The notes beneath the pieces are model-generated. The model saw nothing but the letters and a program-made list of their open reading frames with translations. It ran no database searches and was not told where the DNA came from. From an uncultured bacterium (lineage in GTDB: Bacteria > Desulfobacterota_D > UBA1144 > Nemesobacterales > UBA2774): a stretch of 64,000 bases of DNA. Below are positions 40,919 to 50,118 of this stretch, piece after piece; the first letter of the stretch is position 1; every line of letters begins with the position of its first letter. Location: NCBI GenBank assembly GCA_963705505.1, contig CAVPJU010000006.1:320001-384000 (forward strand). Reading direction: 5' to 3'. Position numbers and translations under genes: made by a program.

Positions 40919-41277
40919 ACAGTAATCCTCTCCCTTATTACATTTCTCCTATTAAGGAATAAGACCCAATCAAGCATCAAGAATCGTTTTTGGAATTGTT
41001 GAATAATTGACTAAGTATTTTCTCGTGTTAGTAGATGTCATTATTATACCTTAAAAATATAAGTTGCACTATTACCCCGATTTTTTACCCGGCCTTTCCG
41101 ATTTTTTTGCATAATATCATCGACAAGTGACCTCAACAGACTTCGAAGTTTCATGAAGCTATAAACGAGGAAGTAGTACCAGTTAAGATTTTCACCGTTC
41201 GGGCCATCGCTTAATTAAAACCGGGAACATAACACAGTGCGATAGACGACCAGCGTAGTTCATCCAAACTCCCGAAT

Positions 41278-41324
41278 TTGACAGTTCATTCTTACGCACT
41301 TATAATTGAGAATCTTTCTCAATT
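41278..41324 (+). promoter_or_regulatory. Consensus sigma70 promoter overlapped by a Fur/Zur-family operator
   Basis: TTGACA(41278-83)-N17-TATAAT(41301-06); palindrome AATTGAGAA-TCT-TTCTCAATT at 41304-41324. Confidence 0.85.
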
Positions 41325-41354
41325 GCAATATAGCACGGGCAAGGACAATTAATC

Positions 41355-41798
41355 ATGAAAACAAAATCCGGCAGATCAGAAAATTCAGAGAGTTTAAAGG
41401 CTATTTTTCACGCAAAAAGACTCAAATGCACGCCTCAGAGGTTAGCCGTGCTGAAAGTACTCAAGGAAAGCGGGGCTTACCTCTCGATAAATATGCTCGA
41501 CAAGAAGGTGAAGGAGATCCTTCCCGGAACAGGGCTTGCGACTGTGTACAGGGCGCTCGAAACGCTCGAAGAGTTAAACCTGGTAGTCAAGGTGCACCTC
41601 GAGGACGGGTGTCACAGCTACGCGGTCGCGCCCGAGGGGCACCGGCACCCGATAGTCTGCACGGAGTGCAACAAGGTCATCGAATTCGCGGAATGCCCGC
41701 TTGATAAGTTGTCCGAGAAGCTCTCGAAAGACACGGGCATCCTCATACAAAACCATTTCCTCCAGTTATTCGGGAAATGCAGGGAATGCCAGACTTAA
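41355..41798 (+). CDS. Fur-family metalloregulator, probably Zur
   Basis: TPQRLAVL, GLATVYRALETL, GHRHPIVCTECNKVIEF..CP, C-terminal CREC; heads a metal-uptake cluster. Confidence 0.85.
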   Translation: MKTKSGRSENSESLKAIFHAKRLKCTPQRLAVLKVLKESGAYLSINMLDKKVKEILPGTGLATVYRALETLEELNLVVKVHLEDGCHSYAVAPEGHRHPIVCTECNKVIEFAECPLDKLSEKLSKDTGILIQNHFLQLFGKCRECQT

Positions 41799-41813
41799 GA
41801 AGGGGATATATAC

Positions 41814-42525
41814 ATGTCTCATATGCACATACCGGATGGAGTGCTTCCGATGTGGATCGTAACAGCGGGCTGGATAGCGACAGCCCTGGTACTGGCATTC
41901 TGCATCAGGAGGGTGAGCTCGATCGAGCTCAGGCGGAAGATACCGCTAGTCGGCATAATCTCAGCGCTCATGATAGTGGGCATGTCTCTCGAGATCGTAC
42001 CGATCGGATACCACGTAAACCTGAGCGTAATAGCGGGTATCGTTCTCGGCCCGGCCCTGGCTTTTATCTCGGTATTCATAGTGAACCTGATAATCTCGAT
42101 GTTCGGCCACGGGGGCGTTACGGTCGTCGGGCTCAACACCCTGGTCATAGGGGCCGAAGCGGTACTGGGCTATTACTTATTTCAATTATTCAGGTCGGTT
42201 ATAGGGGAAAAACCACTCGGCTGGGAATCCTCGCTCGCCGCCTTCCTGAGTCTTTTATTAAGCACATCCCTGATGCTGGGAATCGTATACCTATCTCATG
42301 TGAGCCCGGCAAAAATCGAGGACATCGGTCATCTGTTATCGGGAACGGGCAATAGCATAAGCGGAAATCAGGTCTGCGGACGACGGAATTAATTTCTCCA
42401 GGTTCGCCAAAACAGTCTTTATATTGGCCCCGCTGGGGTGGGTACTAGAGGCCGCGATAACGGGACTCGTCATCAAGTATGTATCCCGCGTTAGGCCCGA
42501 CCTGGTCGTGCAAGAGCGGGCATAG
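41814..42525 (+). CDS. ECF transporter S component NikM/CbiM (one +1 frameshift near 42370 as assembled)
   Basis: MSHMHIPDG start, GYHVNL, GHGGVTVVGLN; the shifted frame continues ..LGWVLEAAITGLVIKYVSRVRPDLV to TAG 42523-42525. Confidence 0.85.
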
Positions 42526-42535
42526 GAGCGTATTC

Positions 42536-43361
42536 ATGGACGTTTCGGCAATTGATTATTACGCAAACCACGGAGCGAGCTTCCTGCACAAGGCCCGCGC
42601 CGTATCAAAGATTCTGTTTGCGGGGCTCGTTATCGCATCAGTCGTAATCACAAGCGACTTCTATCTCCTGCTCGCGATTTATCTATCACTTTTATCATTA
42701 GTTATATGGACGAGGCTCCCCGTGCTTAAGATAATCACTATTGCAGCATATCCCGCGTTATTCGCGCTGATATTCGCGGCCGCGACCTGGAACGGGAGCT
42801 GGGTACGCGCGGGCGTGATAATTTTGAAAGGCCCTGGACGCGGCGCTGGGAATGGTAATTCTCATAGTTACCACCCCTTATCCGGAGGTATTTTCATGTA
42901 TAAGACCCGTACTGCCGGGGATCATCTCCGAAGGACTTCTGCTCACATACAGGTCGCTTTTCATACTCCTCGAGCTCACCGACAACCTCGTCAGGGGCCT
43001 CAGGGTCAGGGGCGGACTCACACGCGGGAGATATATTAAAAACGTCGTTAATTTCTCCTCGGGAATCGGCCTATTGCTGGTAAGGGGGCTCGACATGTCG
43101 GAAAAGTTCTACGGAGTGCTGAGCGTCAGAGGGTACAGCGGAAAGATATCGGGAAGGGAGAGGGGAGAAAAGACAGGGGTGAACGACTTCACTGCTTTTT
43201 TAATAGGCGTAATAATATTTTCAGCAGCGTTATGGATACGAACCGATAGGGAAACGTCCGAATACGAAAGCTACTTCCTGGCCTTCTCCATAATCGCGCT
43301 TCTTACATCGTCGGCATATTTCTTACTTCCGAAACTCGGGGTGGAAGCTTGGAAGAAATAG
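42536..43361 (+). CDS. ECF transporter T component CbiQ/NikQ (one +1 frameshift near 42828 as assembled)
   Basis: MDVSAID....SFLHKARAVSK start; after the shift ALDAALGMVILIVTTPY..LLTYRSLF..RVRGG..SVRGY. Confidence 0.85.
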
Positions 43362-44206
43362 TAAAGGTCAGAGACGTTAATTTTAAATACCCTGACGGGA
43401 CGGCTCTCAAATTCGACGGGCACGATTTCACCGTCAGGAAAGGGGAGCGCGTCGTAATGCTGGGGCCCAACGGGAGCGGAAAATCCACACTCCTGTCCCT
43501 CCTCCTCGGGCTCCTTAAACCTGTGGACGGCGAGATCGAGGTGCTTGGCGTAAGCCCCTCGAATGATTACGAAAAGATAAGGGAGAAGATCGGGGCGCTG
43601 CTTCAGAACGTAGACCTCCAGATCATAGCGCCCAGGGTGTGGGACGACGTCTCGTTCTCTCCCAGGAATTACGGCTACAAAGAAGAAGAAACCGCGAAGC
43701 TCGTGGACGATATACTGAAAAAGCTCGACATAGAGCATCTTAAGGATAAAGTCCCGCACTATCTGAGCGGAGGAGAAAAAACCAAGGTCGGGCTTGCGGG
43801 AGCGCTCGTAATCAAACCCGAGCTCCTCATACTGGACGAGCCGTTTGAGCACATCGACCCCGCCTGCAGGACGGAGCTGATCAAGTTATTAAATAAGGTG
43901 AATAAAGAAAACGGGACGGCTATAATTTTATCGACTCACAACATGAATACAGTCCCCTTGATCGCGGACACGGTTTACCTGATTGCGGAGGGCGGAAAGA
44001 TCGTGGGGAAAGGGACTCCGAAGGAAATATTTTCTCAGGTCGAGACCCTTTCCAAATGTCATATCGAGCCCCCGGTACTGGGAGAGCTATTCTCTGAGCT
44101 GAAAAAACTCGGGGTCGATATGGACGTCTCGCTTACGGTCGATGAAGCTGCTTGTACAATAGCAAACGCAATGGTATTATCGAAAAATAAAACGGGCCTC
44201 GGATGA
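43349..44206 (+). CDS. ECF transporter ATPase CbiO/NikO
   Basis: GPNGSGKST, LQNVDLQI, LSGGEK, LILDEPF, STH. Confidence 0.9.
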   Translation: MEEIVKVRDVNFKYPDGTALKFDGHDFTVRKGERVVMLGPNGSGKSTLLSLLLGLLKPVDGEIEVLGVSPSNDYEKIREKIGALLQNVDLQIIAPRVWDDVSFSPRNYGYKEEETAKLVDDILKKLDIEHLKDKVPHYLSGGEKTKVGLAGALVIKPELLILDEPFEHIDPACRTELIKLLNKVNKENGTAIILSTHNMNTVPLIADTVYLIAEGGKIVGKGTPKEIFSQVETLSKCHIEPPVLGELFSELKKLGVDMDVSLTVDEAACTIANAMVLSKNKTGLG

Positions 44207-44542
44207 AACCGATAAGAGATATTAACAAAAGCAGGCGTATCGAAATTTCTTATCCCCTTCCTGGGAGTACTCCTCGTTTTCTCGATCAGCTTACATAATC
44301 ACAAGATAAGCCTGAGCCCGGACTCTCACGTAACAATCACTGCCGCGTCGCATACGGCGAGTCATTCCGTGGACGGATGCTCCGCCTGTCTGCTTCACGG
44401 AAATATCAAGCTCACAGTTACGGAAACCGTCTTCAGTCTTATAGACGCCGGGCGATCAATTTCATTCAGCGAGAACGAACATTTAAATCCTTATACGTTT
44501 TTAAAACAAAATATCCCTTCCCGTTCACCTCCGGCGGTCTAA
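44203..44542 (+). CDS. DUF2946-like (CruR/CutF-type) leader protein with CxxC and C-terminal RSPP; apparent +1 frameshift near 44217
   Basis: Open frame 44219-44542: ILTKAGVSKFLIPFLGVLLVFSISLHNHKISLSPDSHVTITAASHTASHSVDGCSACLLHG...NIPSRSPPAV*. ATG 44203 overlaps the cbiO stop (ATGA) but is one base out of frame. Confidence 0.75.
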
Positions 44543-44692
44543 GCCGATAATCGTCATTCCGGCCCCCGGAGCCGCATTTTCAGCACACTAATTTCTTCAA
44601 GCCCCGAGTTATAGTACGCACTCATCAATTGGGACTATATCGCGGCATGTCCGACACATCCCGGATCCAAATCCGTCCGGGACTGACCGTGC

Positions 44693-44757
44693 GTCTCCTC
44701 CGGAAAGGCGATATCGAATCCGCTTCGATCATCTAACTACATTTTCGGAGGTGAGAT
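44693..44757 (+). promoter_or_regulatory. Putative anti-SD stem sequestering the RBS of the outer-membrane protein gene
   Basis: GTCTCCTCCGGAAA (44693-44706) can pair with TTTTCGGAGGTGAGAT (44742-44757) with a 2-nt bulge and G-U pairs. Confidence 0.55.
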
Positions 44758-46143
44758 ATGAATTACGCAAGAATTATTGCGATATTGATAATTTCTTTTA
44801 TTGCTTCCTCCCCGTTTTTATACAACGATGCGTTCGGGCAGGAGAGCGATGACGTTAAGAACGAAATAAAAGAGCTTAAACAGATGATGGAGAAAATGCA
44901 GCAAAGAATCACCGACCTCGAGGAAAAGAACAGGGTCCTCGAGCAGCAGGCGAAAGAGAAAGTGAAAGAGAATGTCGTCGTAAAAGAGGAGACACAAATA
45001 ATTCCGGCAGCGCCTCCGCCCCAGCAGGAGAGCTTTTTAAGCAAAGTGGCTCAAACGCTAAACCCCGATATTAGCGTTATAGGTATTTTTGCTGCGGCTT
45101 GGTACTCCCGGAACGATCCGTACGTTTTTGCCGAGGACGACCCGCAAAATACCGGAGTAAATTTACAGGAGCTGGAATTGGCTTTCCAAAGTATTGTCGA
45201 TCCGTATTTCAGGTTCGACACATTCATCTCATTAAAGCAGGATAGTGTGGAGGTAGAGGAAGCGTACGGGACCTCGCTATTCAGCATGCCTCTGAATACG
45301 CAGTTCAGGATGGGGCGTATGAGGGCGAAATTCGGAAGGATTAACCAGATACATACGCACGCCCAGAACTTCGTCACCCTCCCGCTAGTCGCTGCTGAGT
45401 TCCTGGGCGAGCATCTGAACCCGACGAGCATAGAGACCGATTTCCTCATCCCCGTGCCCTGGTTCATGGAGCTGAGCGCTTTGGGCGGCAGCCCCGATGT
45501 CGAGACCCCGACGTTTGCCACGGATGAGGCTAACGCGAATAACCTGGCCTACCTGCTCTACGTCTTTCACCTCGCTAATTTCTTCGAAGTGAGCGACTCT
45601 CTCGGAGTAAACCTCGGAGCTTCATTCGCCACGGGCAGCAACGGAACGGGCCCTAAGGAACGCTCGAACCTCTACGGAGCCGACCTCTACGCTAAATACA
45701 GACCGCTCAGAAACAGCCCGTATACGGAACTCAAGCTCCAGTCGGAGTTCATGTGGAGGCAGGCGGACACGCCTGAAGAGAAGCTCGAGGACTACGGATT
45801 TTATGCGGAGGGAATCTACAGGTTCGCAAAGAGATGGAACACGGGAATGAGATTCGATCTGACCGATACGAACACCCCCGTCGCAGGCGTCCAAGACGGC
45901 GTTGAACTCGTATCCGCGGACTCTGCTGACCTCGTCAGCAGCAGAGCGATCAATCCGGGAGAGACATTAGGATTACCGGGGAGGGCGTATCGCATATCGC
46001 CCATGCTGACCTTCAGCCCGAGCGAATTCTCACAATTCAGGCTAGAGTACGATTACCTGAACCAGAACTATGCAGGAAACCAGCACGCTATCTTCCTGCA
46101 GTTCCAGTACGCGATAGGGGCTCACGGGGCGCATCCTTATTAA
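44758..46143 (+). CDS. Outer-membrane beta-barrel protein of the 'zinc-regulated OM receptor' type
   Basis: Signal peptide, coiled coil, LNPDISVIG, NLQELELAF...DPYF, EEAY, FGRINQIHTH, FSPSEFSQFRLEY, C-terminal LQFQYAIGAHGAHPY. Confidence 0.8.
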   Translation: MNYARIIAILIISFIASSPFLYNDAFGQESDDVKNEIKELKQMMEKMQQRITDLEEKNRVLEQQAKEKVKENVVVKEETQIIPAAPPPQQESFLSKVAQTLNPDISVIGIFAAAWYSRNDPYVFAEDDPQNTGVNLQELELAFQSIVDPYFRFDTFISLKQDSVEVEEAYGTSLFSMPLNTQFRMGRMRAKFGRINQIHTHAQNFVTLPLVAAEFLGEHLNPTSIETDFLIPVPWFMELSALGGSPDVETPTFATDEANANNLAYLLYVFHLANFFEVSDSLGVNLGASFATGSNGTGPKERSNLYGADLYAKYRPLRNSPYTELKLQSEFMWRQADTPEEKLEDYGFYAEGIYRFAKRWNTGMRFDLTDTNTPVAGVQDGVELVSADSADLVSSRAINPGETLGLPGRAYRISPMLTFSPSEFSQFRLEYDYLNQNYAGNQHAIFLQFQYAIGAHGAHPY

Positions 46144-46169
46144 TCAAATTTGCTCAGGAGGAAATGAAT

Positions 46170-47153
46170 ATGAAACGGTATAACATTCTTCACTGCTTCA
46201 CGGTATTCATTACTTTCGTCCTCATCTCCATTTTCTTCTACACTGGGGATGCATCGGCGAAGGTACATATAGTCGCTTCGCTCCCCGACCTTGGGGCAAT
46301 CGCGCAGGAAATAGGGGGTGACAAGGTCGATGTGGTAACCCTGGCCAAGGGGTACCAGGACCCGCACTTTGTGGACGCAAAGCCCACATACGTGACGAAG
46401 CTTAACAGGGCGGACCTTCTCATCTACAACGGACTCGATCTCGAGATCGGCTGGCTGCCCCCTCTGATCACAGGGTCCAGGAACTCCAAGATCACGTCCA
46501 CGGACGCCCTCGGACGTCTCGACGCTTCCGCCTATATCCCACAGGTGCTTGAAGTACCGACTACGCAGATCGACAGATCGATGGGAGACATACATCCGAA
46601 AGGCAATCCGCATTACCTCCTCGACCCGAGGAACGGTATTCCCATTGCCGCCGGGATAACGGCGAGATTAAAGGAGATCGACCCGGAAAACGCCTCTTAT
46701 TACGAGGAGAATTACAAAAAATTTGCCGATAACCTGAATGCAGAAAATAAAGCAATGGGACGAGGAGCTCGCTCCTTATAAAGGAACGGAGATCGTTTCT
46801 TATCACAAAAACCTCAATATCTTTCGGAGTGGGTCGGATTTAAGGAAGTGGGATTATAGAGCCGAAGCCAGGCATACCTGCCGTCGCCGTCCCACGTCGC
46901 CGACCTGATCAAACAAATGAAAGCGACGGACGTGAAGCTCGTTATTGCTTCAAACTATTATCCCCAAAAAACCGGTTCGCTCATCGCTGATCAGACAGGC
47001 GCTGTGTTCCTATCCATACCCACAAGCGTAGGGGGGCAGGACGGGATTAATACATACTTCGACCTGTTCGATGTGATCGTGGACGATATAACCTCGGCAT
47101 TGAAGAATAAAACGGGATCGACGAATCATTCGGCCTCGAAGGCGGGTGGATAG
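46170..47153 (+). CDS. Zn/Mn ABC transporter substrate-binding protein (ZnuA-like); four indels at ~46743-46880 as assembled
   Basis: QDPHF, NGLDLEIGWL, GDIHPKGNPHYLLDP, DPEN..YY..N; pieces KIKQWDEELAPYKGTEIVSYHK / YLSEWVGF / IEPKPGIP / PSPSHVADLI recovered in alternating frames. Confidence 0.85.
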
Positions 47154-47250
47154 TTACGCGTACCAATGTAGCCCCCTGTGCTATCTCTCCTAACCGAAAT
47201 ACTCAGGGGACTACATGGTTTATTCAATCAGAAGGACGGTCAGAAATCGG

Positions 47251-47988
47251 ATGGCAAACTTAATAAGACTCGAAGACGTGACTCTAGGATATGAGAACAG
47301 AGGAATATTGGGTCCTCTAGACCTTTCGATAGAGAGGGGCCAATTCTGGGGCATATTAGGTCAGAACGGGGGCGGAAAATCCACACTACTCAAAACTCTT
47401 CTGGGCCTGCTTCCGCCCGTTTCGGGAAACATAGAATCGGCAGAAGAAATCGTATTCGGATATGTGCCTCAGCATGAGAAATTCGACCCGATATTCCCTG
47501 TTTCGGCAGAGGAGGTCGTATCCATGGGGAGATACAGCAGGGTCTCCGCGGGAAAAAGGCTCACGAACTCAGATCGCGAAGCGGTAACGCTGTCCCTGGA
47601 AAAAGTCGGAATAAGTCATTTGAAAGACCGCACATTCAGGTCCCTCTCGGGGGGAGAGAAGCAGCGTACTCTCCTCGCCCGCGCCATATCAGGCGAGCCC
47701 GACATACTCGTCCTCGACGAGCCTACCGCGTCTGTCGATCTAAAGGGAGAGGCGCAAATCATGGAGCTCGTGCAAAAGATCAGGTCCGATGACGGGCTGA
47801 CCGTACTGATGGTGAGCCACTTTTTAAACACGGTTACCAATTACGCGGACATGATTATGTTGATCGATAAGGACAGCGGATATTTCAAGGCAGGCGGCAG
47901 AAGCGAAGTACTGACCGATGACAATTTAAGTAAATTCTTCGGACTGAGCGCCGGCTCTCAGCAGATGAAGAGTTTGAGAGAAATCTAG
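47251..47988 (+). CDS. Zn/Mn ABC transporter ATPase (ZnuC-like)
   Basis: GQNGGGKST, GYVPQ, FPVSAEEVVSMGR, LSGGEKQR, LVLDEPT, VSH. Confidence 0.9.
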   Translation: MANLIRLEDVTLGYENRGILGPLDLSIERGQFWGILGQNGGGKSTLLKTLLGLLPPVSGNIESAEEIVFGYVPQHEKFDPIFPVSAEEVVSMGRYSRVSAGKRLTNSDREAVTLSLEKVGISHLKDRTFRSLSGGEKQRTLLARAISGEPDILVLDEPTASVDLKGEAQIMELVQKIRSDDGLTVLMVSHFLNTVTNYADMIMLIDKDSGYFKAGGRSEVLTDDNLSKFFGLSAGSQQMKSLREI

Positions 47989-48010
47989 ATATGGGGACAA
48001 GGCATAATTA

Positions 48011-48864
48011 ATGGGAATATTAAAAGAATTTATAGACAGCTATTTTCTCTGGCGGGACCCGATGATAGTAGGGGCGGTTTCGGGCGCCATATGCGGCTTC
48101 CTTGGCGTGTACGTCGTGCTCAGGAGAATAATCTTCGTAAGCGCAGCGCTTACTCAAATCTCGAGCTTCGGAGTAGCCCTTTCTTTTTACCTCGAGGGGT
48201 ACAGCCTGGGAGCGCTGGCATCTTTGATACATCCCTTCATTCTGTCTATAGCCCTCACTTCGCTCGCTGCCCTCTTTTTCGCTCTCAAAAGAGACTATTC
48301 GCGCATAAGCCGGGAAGGGGTGATAGGTTTCGGGTTTTTAATCGCTTCGGGGGCGGTCGTAATACTCGGGGACAGAATAACCAAAGGCGCTCACGATATA
48401 GCGAATATCCTTTTCGGGAGCGCCGTCGTCGTTGATCCAAAGGACCTGTTAATAATTCCCGCTAGTTGCTCTCGCGGCAGCGATAATCCATGCCATTTAC
48501 TTTAAAGATTTTATATTCGTTTCGTTTCGACGAAGAATCCGCACGGTTATTCAAGTATCCGGTCAGAATGCTCAATACAGTTATGCTTATTACCATAGCC
48601 GTAGTGGCGTCCGTATCGACCAGAGCGCTTGGGGCGCTTCCGGTCTTCGCGTTCCTCGCCCTCCCGCCTCTCACTTCACTATTTCTGACGGAGAAGCTCA
48701 AGCTTGTTTTCGCGCTCTCGGTAATAGTGGGCGTATCGTCGGCAACGCTCGGTTATTTCTTCTCGTTCATACTGTCCATTCCGACAGGGGCTTCCATGGC
48801 GGTCTGCGCTTCGATCTTTTTCATCCTGGGTCTCTTGTGGCGTGAGGTTAGAATCAGGATTTAG
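48011..48864 (+). CDS. Zn/Mn ABC transporter permease (ZnuB-like); two +1 frameshifts near 48461 and 48526 as assembled
   Basis: CGFLGVYVVLRR, ILFGS, then ..IHAIYFKDFIFVSF / DEESAR.., RALGALPVFAFL.LPP, IPTGASM. Confidence 0.85.
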
Positions 48865-48865
48865 A

Positions 48866-49417
48866 ATGAGGATAAGACAAATAATGAACGCATTATTGCA
48901 GACTATGAAATGTCTCCCGCACGCAATGCCGCTGCTGCTTTCAGCGTTCCTTATATTCTCCGCGTGCAGTAAATACGGAAAAGTCGCCGAGACCCTGGAT
49001 TTTTTAAAGTTCGAAAGCTTTAACTGCGACGTGGTCAGAGTCGAAGGAAGCGGCAGTTTTTTTTGCCAGCTCCCGGACATGGACATAGAAACAATCAGGC
49101 TCATCGGAATCAGCATCCCGGCGGAGAGTGAAAACGATGCGAAGAAATATTGCGAATCGGTACTGAGCAGGGGGACGCTCGTAAAAGTAGAGCCCGATAA
49201 GGAGCTGAGGGAAAAAGAGGGAGACATTCCGGCTTACGTATTCGTTCCGGGCGGGAAAATGCTGAATGTTCTCCTTATAGAAAAGGGATATGCAAAACCG
49301 GTTACAAAAGAGCTCAATGAAAAGTATATGAATTTATTTGTCGGAGCCCAGAAAGAAGGAAAAACAGAAAAGAACGAGGCTACAGATGAAGGAGAAAAGC
49401 CGCCCTGGCTCAAGTAA
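48866..49417 (+). CDS. Thermonuclease (SNase)-fold lipoprotein with degenerate catalytic motifs
   Basis: Lipobox FSAC; VVRV..., IRLIGI.IP, AYVF..GG.MLN..LIEKGYA; start uncertain. Confidence 0.7.
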   Translation: MRIRQIMNALLQTMKCLPHAMPLLLSAFLIFSACSKYGKVAETLDFLKFESFNCDVVRVEGSGSFFCQLPDMDIETIRLIGISIPAESENDAKKYCESVLSRGTLVKVEPDKELREKEGDIPAYVFVPGGKMLNVLLIEKGYAKPVTKELNEKYMNLFVGAQKEGKTEKNEATDEGEKPPWLK

Positions 49418-49427
49418 TGAAACGGAC

Positions 49428-50099
49428 ATGCCGATATTAGAAATTACGGATCTCAAAAAAAGTTATATCTCTCCGGAAGGAGAGAGCTTATTAGTGATAG
49501 ACGTACCTCATTTCTCACTGGAAAAAGGGGAACATGCAGCCCTCATGGGAGACAGCGGTTCGGGCAAGACCACTCTTCTAAACCTTATAGCAGGAATACT
49601 GAGACCCGACAGCGGGATAATACTCCTTGCGGAGAAGGATATGTCGACTCTTTCCGAATCAGGAAGGGACAGGCTGAGGGCCGAGAACATAGGGTACATA
49701 TTTCAAACCTTTAACCTGCTTCAGGGCTATTCGGCGCTTGAGAACGTAATGCTCGGGATGATGTTCGGCAGCGGAGAGGATAAGAGTTTGGCGCATTCAC
49801 TCCTTCAAAGAGTCGGCCTCGGTGACCGGATCAATTACATGCCCGGTCAACTATCCGTCGGGCAGCAGCAGCGGGTCGCCGTAGCGAGAGCGCTGGCAAA
49901 CCGTCCCAGACTGGTCCTCGCCGACGAGCCTACGGGGAACCTCGACTTCCGGAATTCGGGCGAAGCCGTAAACCTGATCCGCGGGATATGCGGCGAGAAC
50001 GACGCCGCGCTCCTGCTCGTTAGCCACGATCAGAACGTGCTCGATAAATTCGAGCGAGTGGAGAAATTGAGTGAAATAAATCGTGCGCTGAATTATTGA
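49428..50099 (+). CDS. ABC transporter ATPase (LolD/ZrgB-like)
   Basis: GDSGSGKTT, IGYIFQTFNL, LSVGQQQRVAVARALAN, LADEPTGNLD. Confidence 0.9.
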   Translation: MPILEITDLKKSYISPEGESLLVIDVPHFSLEKGEHAALMGDSGSGKTTLLNLIAGILRPDSGIILLAEKDMSTLSESGRDRLRAENIGYIFQTFNLLQGYSALENVMLGMMFGSGEDKSLAHSLLQRVGLGDRINYMPGQLSVGQQQRVAVARALANRPRLVLADEPTGNLDFRNSGEAVNLIRGICGENDAALLLVSHDQNVLDKFERVEKLSEINRALNY

Positions 50100-50118
50100 G
50101 GCGTAAGCGGGTACTGCT

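Noticed and set aside
42360..48530. Programmed frameshifting or phase variation as the cause of the split genes
   Set aside because: The breaks are numerous, of both signs, and not at long homopolymers or shared slippery motifs.
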